A DNA stretch of 63,507 nucleotides, counting the filler, from Vannella sp. (lineage: Eukaryota): the NCBI GenBank assembly GCA_023345925.1. It is 9 parts of 9 records of this genome, joined end to end, with 100 filler letters (N's around TTAATTAATTAA, not from the genome) between each part and the next. Parts side by side here need not be neighbours in the genome. Positions count along the whole stretch, not along the records: positions 47,478 to 54,492 come from JAJQQN010000818.1; positions 54,593 to 59,117 come from JAJQQN010001151.1; positions 59,218 to 63,507 come from JAJQQN010000530.1; 6 more parts are not named here. One strand, 5' to 3'. The notes beneath the pieces are model-generated. The model saw nothing but the letters and a program-made list of their open reading frames with translations, made no database searches and was not told where the DNA came from. The translations under genes and the position numbers were made by a program. Shown here piece after piece: positions 49,495-61,150 of the stretch (position 1 is the stretch's first letter; each line of letters begins with the position of its first letter).

Positions 49495-51917
49495 TTAGAC
49501 TCCTCCGCCTGATCGTTCAGAGGGGAACCGGGAAGTGACGATCTGTTCTTCATTCTCTTTCGAGTGGGTGTCTTGATTCCCGAAGCGGGCTTCGGCCTTG
49601 TTGTTCTTGATGAGTTCGGTGAGCTTTGGGGTGAAAGTGAGTTATTGGAAGTCACTTAAAGCCAGGTTTGTCACTCACCTCGACGAACTCATTAAAAGCC
49701 ATTTTGTCGCCCTGAATTTGGCACTTCTTGAACCATCCACCCAGCCTTTTAGGGTCGTATGGGATGTCTGTGGCGTTGAGGAATTGTTGATATTGGGGAA
49801 GATTGATTGTTCCAGTGTTATCAACGTCTAAGCTTTTGAAGATTTCTCGATAGGTGGAAAGGCTGCTTGCAGGGTCATCATTGTTGATATGAATGTATCC
49901 CATTGTCTTCAAGAAGCGATAAGCAGCTTTTGTTTGTTCTTCAAGTTCGTCATCGCTCCACCTTCTTGGGTTAGCCAAGGAAACAGAAATAAAGACTTAA
50001 CTTACTTAAGCTCTGTTTGCATGATGGAGGCAATCCTTGGGATGGCATCAGAAGCTGCGGTCGCATTTAAGAAGGCCAATCGAGTCCGACGAGCGAGAAC
50101 ATCGACCAGAGTCCGGGCCATCTCATGGCGAATAGTGTAAATCACTTCGGCTTCAATGTAAGGATAACCGGGAGAAAGTCTATTTCCAACAACTGGCCAT
50201 CTGCGCCCAGTTGATCCAGCCAACTCAGCAACAAGAGGCGCTCGGTCACCGTAAGAAGCGGTGAGATGCTCAGCAATCTGGCTTTCCATTCCATACTCTT
50301 GGATTAGTCTAATTTTCAGTGTTGGGTTGAAAGCGTGTGCACCAATGAGAAGAGTGTCTTCTGTCTTGCATCCCTCCTTTGGCTGCAATTTGCCAGCAAC
50401 AATAGCAGCCTCGACTGTATCAACAGCCATGGAGCGGTAAGTAGTCCATTTCCCTCCTGCCACTACCGCCGAGTCAGCCACATCAATCCCTTTAGGACTT
50501 GCACGAACCTGTAATCAAACCAGAGTCGCTAGTGAGGACCACGTGTGTTCTAGCAAGACCTATTATTTACATAAGGAACAATGAAAGGGTATGATCAAGA
50601 ACTACCTTCTGTAGAGGACTTTGTTGGGTCCCTCACTAATGGGCGAATGCCAGACCACGCAGAAAGAACATCAGAGCGACGCACTTTGATATCTGGACTC
50701 AGGTAAGAGGAGATCTCTTTCAGGATAAACTGAATCTCCTCCTCCGTTGGAGTAGGATCCGCAGTCACATGGGTCGCCGCATCTGTTGTTCCTGCCAACA
50801 CGCTCCCTTCCCATGGCAAGAAGAAGATAACTCTTCCATCACTTGTAGCAGCATCCAATAGTCCCATGTGTTTGGGAGAGTAATAATCCGGCAGTATCAC
50901 GTGGACTCCTGAACTGGGACAGATAATGTCTGGGGAGCCCGTTCCCTCGTCCATCTTGCGGATGTGGTCTGAAAAAGGACCAGTTGCATTAATAACCACC
51001 TAATCTTAGTAAGTGACCTCTCTCAGAAGCTTTACCAGGTTCTACACACTTTTGCAAGGATGTCCCAGCTCTCTCCCGTGATGGTGTCCTGGACTGTGGC
51101 TCCTGTAATCTTTCCATCTTTTCCTTTGAGCAGTTCAGTCACTTTGACGTGGTTGACAGCGTCTGCGCCCCAATGAACGGCAGTCATTGCCAAAGCAATG
51201 TTCATCCGGGAGTCATTGTGAGCACCATCATAGTACACGATAGCTCCCTTCAAGGATCCCTTGGCAAGGTGGGGAAACTGATCCAGAGCAGAAGGCTTGC
51301 TGATGAAGTACGAAGACTCCAAAGCATTCTTACCTGCAAGGAGGTCATAGACCTTTGCTCCAACCCAGTAATAGGGAACATGCCACCACTTGTACAGTGG
51401 AATCATGATCGGAAGCTCGTATGAAAGGTGTGGAGCGATCTTCAGGAAGTTCTTCCGCTCGTGAAGAGCTTCTCGCACCATATCCCATTGCTCCTTGTCT
51501 AGGTTGAGGAAGGCTTTCTCAAGGTAGCGCACGCCACCATGAACTAGCTTCGTACTGCGACTGCTTGTGCCTTAGAGTGATGTGAGGGGAGAAAGCAGAG
51601 GTTCTGGAGAAAGTACCAGAAGAGAAGTCGTCTGCCTCGACCAAGGACACCCGCAGGCCTCTTGTCGCAGCATCCAGGGCCACACCAACACCTGTAGCAC
51701 CTCCTCCAATCACTAGCACATCATAAGGAGTAGAAGACCCTCGCTGTCGACTAATCAAAGTCTCTCTCGATGCGATCTCGTAGTTGGGTGGCTTCTCGTC
51801 CCCCCAAGTCACTCGATTCAATCGATCCCACTGCCTTTGAACCACAAAGACCGAGCCCAACGCTCCAACACACAAGGCGGACCCAACAAGCAGCTTTCGC
51901 CTGCCCGGCAGCGCCAA
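49495..51917 (-). CDS. GPD2: Mitochondrial FAD-dependent glycerol-3-phosphate dehydrogenase with EF-hand (start codon not resolved)
   Basis: IGGGATG, SSGTSSRSTKLVHGGVRYLE after splicing, INATGPF, WSGIRPL, GGKWTTYR, EF-hand DVDNTGTINLPQY and terminal ERSGGGV. Confidence 0.93.
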
Positions 51918-52058
51918 ATGATCGGTAAAACTGGAATTCCAGGAATTGGGTCTTAATTAGGAAGAGGAAACAGTGCGTTTGATTTCCTTCATAAAATGAG
52001 GAATTCATGAGAATGTGTTTGAGAAGTGATGCTGAAATTGCCATTTTTTGGGGACCTC

Positions 52059-52526
52059 ATGATTTACAAGTTCTATTGGGAGAGGCCTGACGGGGAAGGC
52101 CACGTGTATGACGAGAAGTTCATCATTGCAGTGGTGGAGGATACAGTAAGAGGTGTGGAGAGTACTACGGGTGGCCACTCATTGGGAGGTTAGCAAGGGG
52201 AGAGCGAGATCCACTTTGTAACGATCCCATTGAGCTACCACAGCGATATCTTCGCTGCGTACAAGACCAAGCTCGAAGCAGAACAAGGAAAGACTGTCAA
52301 CGCTGTAATGGGTAAGCTCTGGTCCTGCTCTAGAACCTGGACTCACCCTTTCAAAGGTGGCGGTCTTGTAACGATCAACTCGAAGGAGAAGACCCTCAAG
52401 ACTTACGGTCAGAGTGGTGGCTTTGGTCCCATTACGATCAATATCGCTGAGAAGTGCCTCCAAGAGACCATTGCGCATCAGGGCTACAACTTCACCGTCT
52501 CTGTCACTTCCGAGATTCGCGGATAA
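52059..52526 (+). CDS. Janus/Ocnus family phosphohistidine phosphatase (PHPT1-like), 3 exons
   Basis: KFIIA, YHSDIF, GGGLV and LKTYGQSGGFG correspond to the family motifs KYVL / YHADI / GGGRI / VYGYS.GFG. Confidence 0.7.
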
Positions 52527-52656
52527 AGCACCAGAGACCTCAGCCTGCTGCAAGAAAGGACCACCAGATTGACTGTTATCTCCCACAATCACTCTTTATC
52601 ACTAGAATGCACTTCTGTGGCCACACGAGGAGGAGGAATCTATCTCAGCGAAGGAG

Positions 52657-53151
52657 TCACTTCCACAGTGACGGTAGAGACCTCCAAGGACGGTAAGGAC
52701 GGATAGGAGTAAGCTTCACTCCGGTACACCTTTGGAAAACGAGTTGAAAGGGGGTAATCCCGTCGATGTTACGGGCACCAAGGGACGCACCAGAAAGAAC
52801 CAGGAGTTTAGCTGTGCTGTTGAGTCCTCCTTCTTGAATAGCCCAGTGAAGAGGCGTGTCTCCGTCATTATCAGGTTGATTAACGTCTGCACCAGCTTCA
52901 AGGAGAAGTTTGATGGCGGTTGGTTGTCCTTTAAGGCTTGCCCAATGGAGAGCGCTCTCTCCAAAGTCGTTCACGTAGTTGGGATTCAGGCCCTGTTGGA
53001 GTAGAGAGTGTAAAGCCTCCATGTTATCGCCAAGGACAGCAAAGTGTAACGTAGTCGAGCCAAGGAAAGAAGTCAACGAGGGGTCACATTTCGGACTGTT
53101 AGACTCGAGAAGGCTCATCAAGGAGGTCCACACAGCAGACCTTGGAGGCAT
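52657..53151 (-). CDS. Small ankyrin-repeat protein
   Basis: GSTTLHFAV, GESALHWA, GDTPLHWA and GITPF. Confidence 0.85.
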   Translation of the reverse strand: MPPRSAVWTSLMSLLESNSPKCDPSLTSFLGSTTLHFAVLGDNMEALHSLLQQGLNPNYVNDFGESALHWASLKGQPTAIKLLLEAGADVNQPDNDGDTPLHWAIQEGGLNSTAKLLVLSGASLGARNIDGITPFQLVFQRCTGVKLTPIRPYRPWRSLPSLWK

Positions 53152-54167
53152 GTTGGAAACGAAAGAATGAGAACGAAACTGGGCCGTGCGGAACTTCCAA
53201 AAAAGGGTGTGAGAATAAAAATCCTCCGCATTTGGGACTTACGCTTGATCTCCTTTTACCTTTGATGGTCTCCATCAACAACATTGAGAGTAGTATTTCT
53301 AATTCTTTATCATTAAAGAGAGCTGATTTGTTCGTTTGCTGAAACGAGCAATTTGGAGAGTTTCCGAGCTTGGTGACAGACGGCGGAATTGGCCTTCCTT
53401 CACGCAGTAAAACACACTAAGAAATGAATAGCAGTTCATCTGGTTCGTTGCTGGGTCGGCACGAGTCCAAGACTCCCCTCCACGGAAGAAGCAGTTTTGG
53501 CCTTGTCTAGAGGACCTTGATGAAGGCTTTCAGCACGGACGATTCCTCATTGACCTGACCTGAATCATCACCCTTCTCTCATTCTGTTAGACTACAGATT
53601 TTGACTGCCTTAGATACTCAGACCCGGACCAACTTGCTGGAGAATGACTCGGTCTTGGAGATGTCGGCCCACACTCATCAGCAAATAGGAAACCGAAGCC
53701 TTCAATAGGCTGCTCTCGATGTCCCTTTCATGCAGCCACGAACACCAGCATTTGACACGGAGTTTTTTCCAGTCCACTCGCGTATGAGTTGACATTCTAC
53801 TCAAGAGTCTACGTTTGTGTGAAGACTTCATCTGCAGATGAACTTCAGGAAAGGTTTTTTTGATAGAGTCAGTTCGATAAGGTAGCTGTCTGAATAGTTG
53901 AAGAGTATTCGAAGTTCTTAGTGTAAACAGCCTGAAGATCCTTCATGCTGCACTTCATGTATGAAGGAAGTTAGGATAGAGGAGATCGTGCTGGCGAGTT
54001 ACGCAGATGTATTAACATCCTTGGCTCTCAGGGAAAAGGGGTTTCTCTCCCTCACGGAAAGGGAAGAGGAGGTAGGGCTCCATTGAGAAGAAGCCGACTT
54101 GCACACTTTTTGTGTTAAGTAGCGGAAGAGTGAGAAGGCTGGTTACGAAGGTGGATCTCCACAGCTG

Positions 54168-54492
54168 CTATTTCAAAAAGGAGGCGGCTTCTGTATGCTC
54201 ACTCTCTTCTGTCCATTGAAGAGGTGTTTCTCCGTCATTGTCTGACAGATTCGTGAGAGCTCCTCCATCAAGCAAGGTTTGGATCATCTCGAGACTCCCC
54301 ATATGATAAGCCCAATGCAAAGGCGTCTCTCCGTAGCAATTGGACTCGTTTGGGTTCATGTTGTGGTCCAAAAGAAGGCGGGCCATCTCTATGTTATCCC
54401 CCAGCACAGTGAAGTGGAGTGGCGAGGAGCCCAAGCTTGATCTGATCCCAAAGGATGGAAGAGGAAGCCGATTCCGTTCATCCGGCCCCTCT
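54168..54492 (-). CDS. Small ankyrin-repeat protein, paralog of 52657-53151 (5'-truncated)
   Basis: GSSPLHFTVLGDNIEM, GETPLHWA and DNDGETPL, colinear with the neighbour (LHFAVLGDNME, DNDGDTPL). Confidence 0.8.
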
Positions 54493-54592
54493 NNNNNNNN
54501 NNNNNNNNNNNNNNNNNNNNNNNNNNNNNNNNNNNNTTAATTAATTAANNNNNNNNNNNNNNNNNNNNNNNNNNNNNNNNNNNNNNNNNNNN

Positions 54593-55020
54593 AGTTGCGA
54601 GTGGCTCACTTGGACCTCAAGCCAGAGAATGTTCTTATCAACAACAATGGCGAGCTTCGCCTTTGCGACTTCAGCCGAGCACACCAATGGACTCCTTCAT
54701 CACGCCAATACGACGGACTCTTCAGCTCTGTCTCCACCAAAGAGTACTCCAGCCCTGAGAGATTCTCCTGCGAGAACTTTGATGTGGCAGCAGCTGATAT
54801 CTTCAGCCTTGGAGTGACACTCCACGTGCTGTTGACGGGATACTTCCCTTGGGGGAGCAACGGCTCGAAAGTTAATTCCTTCCCTTTGGACTTGACTTTT
54901 CTCAAAGATATTGATCAGAGCAGTGTTCAACTGATCTCTTGGATGCTCCACAAGGATCCTAAAGCTCGTCCTTCCATCCAACAGGTTCTGAGTCACTCGT
55001 GGCTTGTCACTAAAGTGTAG
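54593..55020 (+). CDS. Ser/Thr protein kinase C-lobe (5'-truncated)
   Basis: HLDLKPEN, DFS, YSSPE, DIFSLGV and R.SIQQVL.H.W. Confidence 0.9.
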
Positions 55021-55071
55021 ATTTTTGTATTCCTTTGCTATTTGAGGAGTCCAGGACCTTTGGAGGATATT

Positions 55072-57312
55072 TCAAGCAATGTTAGTGAGTTTGAAGTTCA
55101 TAGCGCGGGCGATTTTGACAAGATCAACGATTTGCTGTGCCTCAGAAGCCACTTGAAGATAAGGAATAGCAGCTGCTATGCAGACGTTGGCGTGGGCAAG
55201 CTTAATGAGCATGGAGTGTTTGAAGTTCTGTAGTTGCGGACTGGCAAATCCCACTCCCACACGAGGAACAACAGGTTCCCGTTGATACCCGATAATGCGT
55301 TGAATTGCTTCGAGATCCTGGGAAAGTCAGGATGTGAATGGAGTTGGAATAGGACTTACAGGAACAAGGCCATCGACTGCTCTGCCAAAGGGAATGCCTT
55401 GGCGAATGGAAGTGACTTGCCCTACAAACAGTTCCAGATGAGCAATCCTGTTAAGGGAGTCATTGAAGATGACGCAGCCCATGTTCTTCGCTTGATTCAG
55501 CTTTGCCAAGATAGCTTGCTCCTGTGGGCTCGACTGAGCCAATATTTCTACCTCAAATAAGCAAAGCGATGGCATAAACGGAGAACTTACGCCTCCTCTG
55601 TTCCTCAGCCTCCTCCTGAATGCGTTCTTCCTCTGCTAAGCGGCGGTTCTCTGCCTCCTGCTCTTCATCACGCTGGGCTTGGATTTTGCGATTCTTTTCG
55701 TCGCGTTCTTGTTGCTCCATTTGCTCTTGTAGAGCATGCGGATTAATTCCCCGGTCGGCCATGTACGCTAGAGCTCGAGTTAGGGACTTATAGACAAAGC
55801 GGGGAATGCATACATAGCATTCTAGTTTCCAGATAGTCACAGAGATGGTCAGGACCATTCTTGCAGCTGACCAGGATCTGCTTGTCACGAATAGGATTTC
55901 GGTCCAGGTAGCACTGCATCAGTCCCTGGCAGTAGCCGATGGAGAGCGGCAAGTCTGTAACCTGATTATCGCACAAGTTCAGCATAACAAGGCGCGTCAT
56001 TCGCCCGATGTTAGAAGGTAGACTGGTCAAGTTATTGTTGCCCAGATTGAGCTCCATAAGCTTAGTCATCTTGGTGAACTCATTTGGAAGGTTATCAAGG
56101 TTGCATCCACTCAGGTCCATGACTTCCATATTCACACAGCGCCCAATGGAACGGGGGAGCTGCCCGATTGGGTTTCCTGTGAGCAACAAGTCATGCAGAT
56201 TGGTCAAATACCCAATCTCAGGAAGGAGCTTGTTCAGATTGTTGTTACTGAGGTCAAGCTTCTCCAGTAGTGCGAGCTTTCCGAGCTCTGGAGGGAGTGT
56301 GTGGATGGCATTTCCATTCAAATTGAGCGCAGTCAAGTTACAAAGTGACGAAACAGTAGCAGGAATCTCCGTCAACTGATTCCCGGTCAAAGTAAACTCT
56401 TCCAAGAACTGGAAGCCGAAAATAGAGATGTCAGGGAAGATCTGGAAGTCATTAAAACCCATATCCAGTACTTTGGTGGTCAATGCCAGCTGAGCCATCT
56501 CCGCCGGACATTTAGAGAGGTTCAGCCCGCTCAAGTCAGCTTCTGGAGTCCCATTCACGATCACTTCTCGAATGACTTTGAGTGCATTCTTCGAACTTTT
56601 GGTGGCGATTCCGGCTTCGCCCAGATCTCGGACATCTACTTGGGAAAGGAAGTCTTTGGCACCACGGAACGTCTTTCCCCTTTGATAGCCTGTGCTCTGG
56701 AGGGAGGGAGGGGTCAGAGGGGCTGGTGAGGGAACTGGAGGAGCGGATTACCTCCAGTTTGACACAGATGGTGCCTGAAACCTCTTGAAGTTGCTCTTTC
56801 TTGTTGAAAGTCATCAGAGAGTACATGTTGTCGGGCTCTGGATCATCCACGGAGAAGCTACACTCGCCTCTGCACCGTCGTTAGTGGGAGAAGGAGGATT
56901 TCTCTCTCCTACAGCGCGATATCGTTGAACCCACCGGTCACATGATAGAGTGTCACTTTGACAATAGGAGAAACAAGCTCACTACACTCCCACAAGATGG
57001 AGTGAGTGAAAATTCAAAGAAGGAGGGAAACTGGAGAGCACTCACAGAGATACAAGCTCCTGGAAGACAAAGCCAGAAGATTCTTGCAATCCCTGCAAGT
57101 TCTGTGTCCTCTCAGACGCCGTACCACTCTGCAACTTGCAATACACCGTGCCAGTGACTAACACAACCCATCAGCTCCTCGCTCGTCCACCAGCGACTCT
57201 CCTCACCTGCCTGCATCAGCTCCACATTCTTCACTGTTCAACCCTCTTCATTAGCCGCTCTTCCCATCAAGCGCGAGAACGAACCCGAGAAGAAGGCGCC
57301 CTTCCCCTGCAT
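55072..57312 (-). CDS. C2-like domain + LRR + coiled-coil protein (multi-exon)
   Basis: About 9 LRRs in 55788-56564, C2-like strands upstream (VYCKL, GECSF, VSGTICVKLE) and a charged coiled coil downstream. Ends were inferred from splice sites. Confidence 0.7.
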
Positions 57313-57409
57313 CGTCCCTGGCAGTGAGATATTTTGAAGATATTTATTGTATGTACAAGTTTCGTTTCTTTGCCTGGATTGACCATTTCCTTCCACCTTT
57401 TCGTGTGTT

Positions 57410-58040
57410 TCAGGTGGAAGAGCCGCTCCGGACTTCGTCAGAGTATTTGAGTGAAGATCGCTTCCTTTGCTTGGCCTTCTTCTTCTTGATCTTGATGACT
57501 TTCTTCTGTTGCTTTGAGAGTTCGACGTTGTCGGCTTCTTTGATCTTCTCCTCGAGGATCTTGCGCGCTATCTTTCGGTTCTGTTCGCGAGACCTGGTCT
57601 CGTGGCACTTGATCGTGATGCCGTAGTTGACTTCTTGTAGGAAGACGGCATTATTGGTCTTGTTGACCTCTGGTAGGACTGCGTTAGCATTCATGCTCTC
57701 TTTGATCGCAGGTCGTACTCTGCCCTCCTTTGCCCCAACCGCGAATGAACTTTTCGCGGATGAGGAGGTCCTTCTCCTCTCCAGGCTGGTTCTTGGTGGA
57801 CAGTAAGGCTTCTCTCTTAACAGGAACAAATGATTTCAATCGTTCTGGGCGCTCAGCAACATGTGTTTGATCCTTCTTGACCAAATGAGGAGCCAAAGGG
57901 GCAGTAATATCAAGGATCTGCTGCAGGAAGAACTCTCCATCATCATCATCACCAACAGGAGTCGAAAGCATTCTCGATCCGAGTCTCCCAAGTCCCCTCT
58001 CTCCTCCCACCAGCCCCAGCCTCAAGCCCCTCCACAACAT
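57410..58040 (-). CDS. MTRFR: Mitochondrial translation release/rescue factor, C12orf65/MTRFR-like
   Basis: Presequence MLWRGLRL. Reads [23 protein letters not shown] after removing intron 57670-57718, then [16 protein letters not shown] and a basic tail. Confidence 0.88.
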
Positions 58041-58068
58041 CCTCCCAAACAATGGGAAAGGGCCAGCT

Positions 58069-58911
58069 TTAATAGAATTGCAGCGAGAACACAAGGCGCT
58101 TCTTGAATTGCTTCTCAAAGGAGACAATCACCTCTTCAAAGCGCTCTTCCCACATGTCGGCGGGAAGTCGGTCAATCTGAGGCCCTTTTGGTGAGTGGAA
58201 CGTCTCAGTTGGTACTAATGAACGAACCTTGGAGGCTAGGAACTGAGTCTGCTTTCCTGCGACCTCAGCGGCTTGGTGGTTGTCCTTTGTGGCGATGTTT
58301 ACCACAATAACGGTGTTGAACCGGCGAGATCCTCGCTTTAGGAAGTCTTTAAGGGAGAAGACGAGTTGTTAGAGCAGTGATATAGGATCTTTGTCTGCTT
58401 ACCATTGACTATGGCGTCGTAGACTCGGTCTTCGTAGGTGAAGATCACGTCGAACCCTCCTGGATGAGCCATTCTACCTCCCAACGTTAGTTCAAGCTGT
58501 TTCTGTTGCGCATCAGACAAACCCATCAACATGCCACCGTTCTGGAGCTGTCTTGATGGCGAGGTTACGCTGAAGCATGTGAAGAACCCCGTTTTGTGTG
58601 TACAAGCGGCGGTCTTGGCGTTCCAGCTCACTCAGGATCTTCTCACAAGTAAGTAGACCATCTCTGACCATGAATGCATCACCTACCTTTGCGTACGGGG
58701 TCCCAAAATCGTACACATTGGGCTTATCCTTCGAGGGACCAGGCAACTTCACCTGTGTACTGGAGCGCCCGGTTAGTTCCACTGGCCTTCCCACTCATAG
58801 CTAGTACCTTGTACCATAAGATGATACATCAAACTCGCTGCGGAGCACGTGGTGGGCCTCCATAGAACGATTCATATTGGAAGCGCAGACCACCGCATAG
58901 CGCCGGCCCAT
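58069..58911 (-). CDS. SSU72: RNA polymerase II CTD phosphatase Ssu72 (4 exons)
   Basis: VCASNMNRSMEAH, VKLPGPSKDKPNVYDFGTPY, LYTQNGVLHML.RN..IK.APERW and FDVIFT.EDRVYD. Confidence 0.95.
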
Positions 58912-59447
58912 CTCCTCTTCGCTTTAAAAAATGATCAATTGTCCGTGGACCAGCAGCCATGGCCTAAGTATCCGATCCGGCCTCCGCAAGGAGGATGCGG
59001 TTTCCCCAAGAGAGAGTTCACGGCCAGACTAAACCACGTCCGCTGGCCTCCTTTGAAAGTGCTTCTAAATTCGACTGCCACTGATCCAAATGATGTTTTT
59101 ATATGTTTTTAAGAGGGNNNNNNNNNNNNNNNNNNNNNNNNNNNNNNNNNNNNNNNNNNNNTTAATTAATTAANNNNNNNNNNNNNNNNNNNNNNNNNNN
59201 NNNNNNNNNNNNNNNNNCGAGAGACTTTCCGGATTACAAAGTGTGAGAGAGAAACAGAGCTTTGGACAAGAATGGAACAAGGAAGCTGTAAAGGAGCAAT
59301 CATCCTTTCGGAGTCCTTCGCCCCCAAACTACAAAGAGATGGGGACAAGTCTCTAATGACATGTTCAATTCTGCTGAGAGATGATCCTGTCTATGAGAAA
59401 CAGGGATAATGAGGAGTCTTCATTCCGAAATGGTGCATTCAGTGGGG

Positions 59448-60980
59448 TCAAGTGACGAGAAAGGACCCTTGGGGGACTTGAGATAAGAGGAGAGAGCGCA
59501 AAGTGTCTTTTTTGTTGTCCCAAGTGAAAGGGACGATAACAAGGTGAATGCCGCTAGCTTTGGCAAGTTCCACTTTTTCCTTGTCTCTGGTTTGATACAA
59601 CTCCAAAGACCCGAAACTGGGAATCTCGTGATAATGATGATAGCCCTGATACTCGAGTGCCAAGTTTAAGGTTGGCACGAAGATATCAAACTCTACAGGA
59701 GCTCCTGATTGACGCTCAGCCTGGAATACAAAGTCCTCCACAACTTCAACTCCTGGAAAGAGCGATTGAACCTGGAGGAACAGCCAACGCTGCGCAGATC
59801 GCTTCCCTTTGTTTTGGAGTCTCGAAGCATCCCAAGTGACCTGAGGGAAGAATTCCGTCAACAGTTGAAGCATTCCTCCATATTTAAAGATCAAACCGGA
59901 ACCACCGAGGGCCCTCAGCTGAATAAAAGAGATTCTATACCAATCTTCTGGCTCTTTGATCTGATGTAAGTCTTCTACTCTCTGTAAGAACGACAGAACG
60001 TTCTCTCGCTTATTCCAATGCATTCTAGGGATGCGAGAAAGCTCAGTAGCTTTCCAATCCTCCTCGGGATAGATCGCTTTTAAGGCTTCAAGGAGAGACG
60101 AGTATCGGTTGAAGATCCAAGTGCCACCGTGCTTGTGAAGGAGATCGGTAGTGGTCATCTGGTTCCATTCTGAGAGAGATTCGAACCCTAATTTGCGCCC
60201 CAAATCATCAAAGAACTCTCTTTGGACAAGAGGATCGGCCCAATAGTCTTTTGGCTTCTTCCCCAACCTGATGTCCAGCTCAGGAACACAGTCCTCTACA
60301 ATGGAATGGCAATTATCGTAGTGGTTTGATAGCGCCCTTCCTGCAGATCCTAACAACTTTCGTGAAGTGACCTTCTGTCCAGGTTCTGTGAGTCCCAGAG
60401 CCTCTGCTCGTTCTTGGACATATTCCCGACGGTTTTGTGGATCAGACCAGTATCCTTTGGGCCTTTGCTTCCTTCGAGAAGCATCCCAAGGATGGTCAGG
60501 AAACAGAGTTTGGAGCATCCTGAAGAAGTTTGGGTGCTTCTCCAGGATAGAACGTCCTCCTTCCTTGCGGAACTCCGCCACATCTATCTTATACCAATCA
60601 TCCAGCTCATTCATTCCTCTCCGCGTCATCTCTTGAAGGAGAAAGGCCTTTTGGTTCTCCTCTGAGTCCCAGTAATGACGGGGTTTCGTAGCAAAAGGGA
60701 AGGACAACTCGGGAAACAGGGACTGCAGTAGGTCACGTGTTCCTTTGTATCGACGAAAGAGCGCTGATCCACCAGCTTCATACATCCTTGCCCTTGTGAG
60801 CACGCGAGGCCATTCCGAGGGCTCCTCTCCCACCCCCAAACTCCCCGCCAGCTCTTTCACAAAGGATCGCCTCCTATCCACATCCTCCCAGTAGCCTCTC
60901 GGGCGAGCAGAGTGGCTGCATTGCCGAACTCCAATACCCTGCCCGGTCCTCAAAGAGAGCACGCCTCTGAACCAGAACAT
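59448..60980 (-). CDS. Predicted mitochondrial protein with five ~70-aa W-containing helical repeats and a C-terminal RAP/Vsr-like endonuclease-fold domain
   Basis: Arg-rich, acid-free N-terminus. Repeats begin PRGYW, PRHYW, PKGYW, PKDYW and PRMHW. C-terminus reads EFDIFVPTLNLALEYQGYHHY...RDKEK....GIHLVIVPF. Confidence 0.75.
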   Translation of the reverse strand: MFWFRGVLSLRTGQGIGVRQCSHSARPRGYWEDVDRRRSFVKELAGSLGVGEEPSEWPRVLTRARMYEAGGSALFRRYKGTRDLLQSLFPELSFPFATKPRHYWDSEENQKAFLLQEMTRRGMNELDDWYKIDVAEFRKEGGRSILEKHPNFFRMLQTLFPDHPWDASRRKQRPKGYWSDPQNRREYVQERAEALGLTEPGQKVTSRKLLGSAGRALSNHYDNCHSIVEDCVPELDIRLGKKPKDYWADPLVQREFFDDLGRKLGFESLSEWNQMTTTDLLHKHGGTWIFNRYSSLLEALKAIYPEEDWKATELSRIPRMHWNKRENVLSFLQRVEDLHQIKEPEDWYRISFIQLRALGGSGLIFKYGGMLQLLTEFFPQVTWDASRLQNKGKRSAQRWLFLQVQSLFPGVEVVEDFVFQAERQSGAPVEFDIFVPTLNLALEYQGYHHYHEIPSFGSLELYQTRDKEKVELAKASGIHLVIVPFTWDNKKDTLRSLLLSQVPQGSFLVT

Positions 60981-61150
60981 CCAAAGTGTAATGATGCAAT
61001 TATGCCAGCGAAAGGCTATTATGGTTCGTAGAGATATTATTGGATTGGCTGGAAGGAAGTTCCAGGATTTTTCCGCTTCTCATTTGCTTGGGGGTTCTGG
61101 TTGGTGGGTTCGCGAGTTCAAGTCCCGTCTTAATCAGCATTTTAAGCGAG

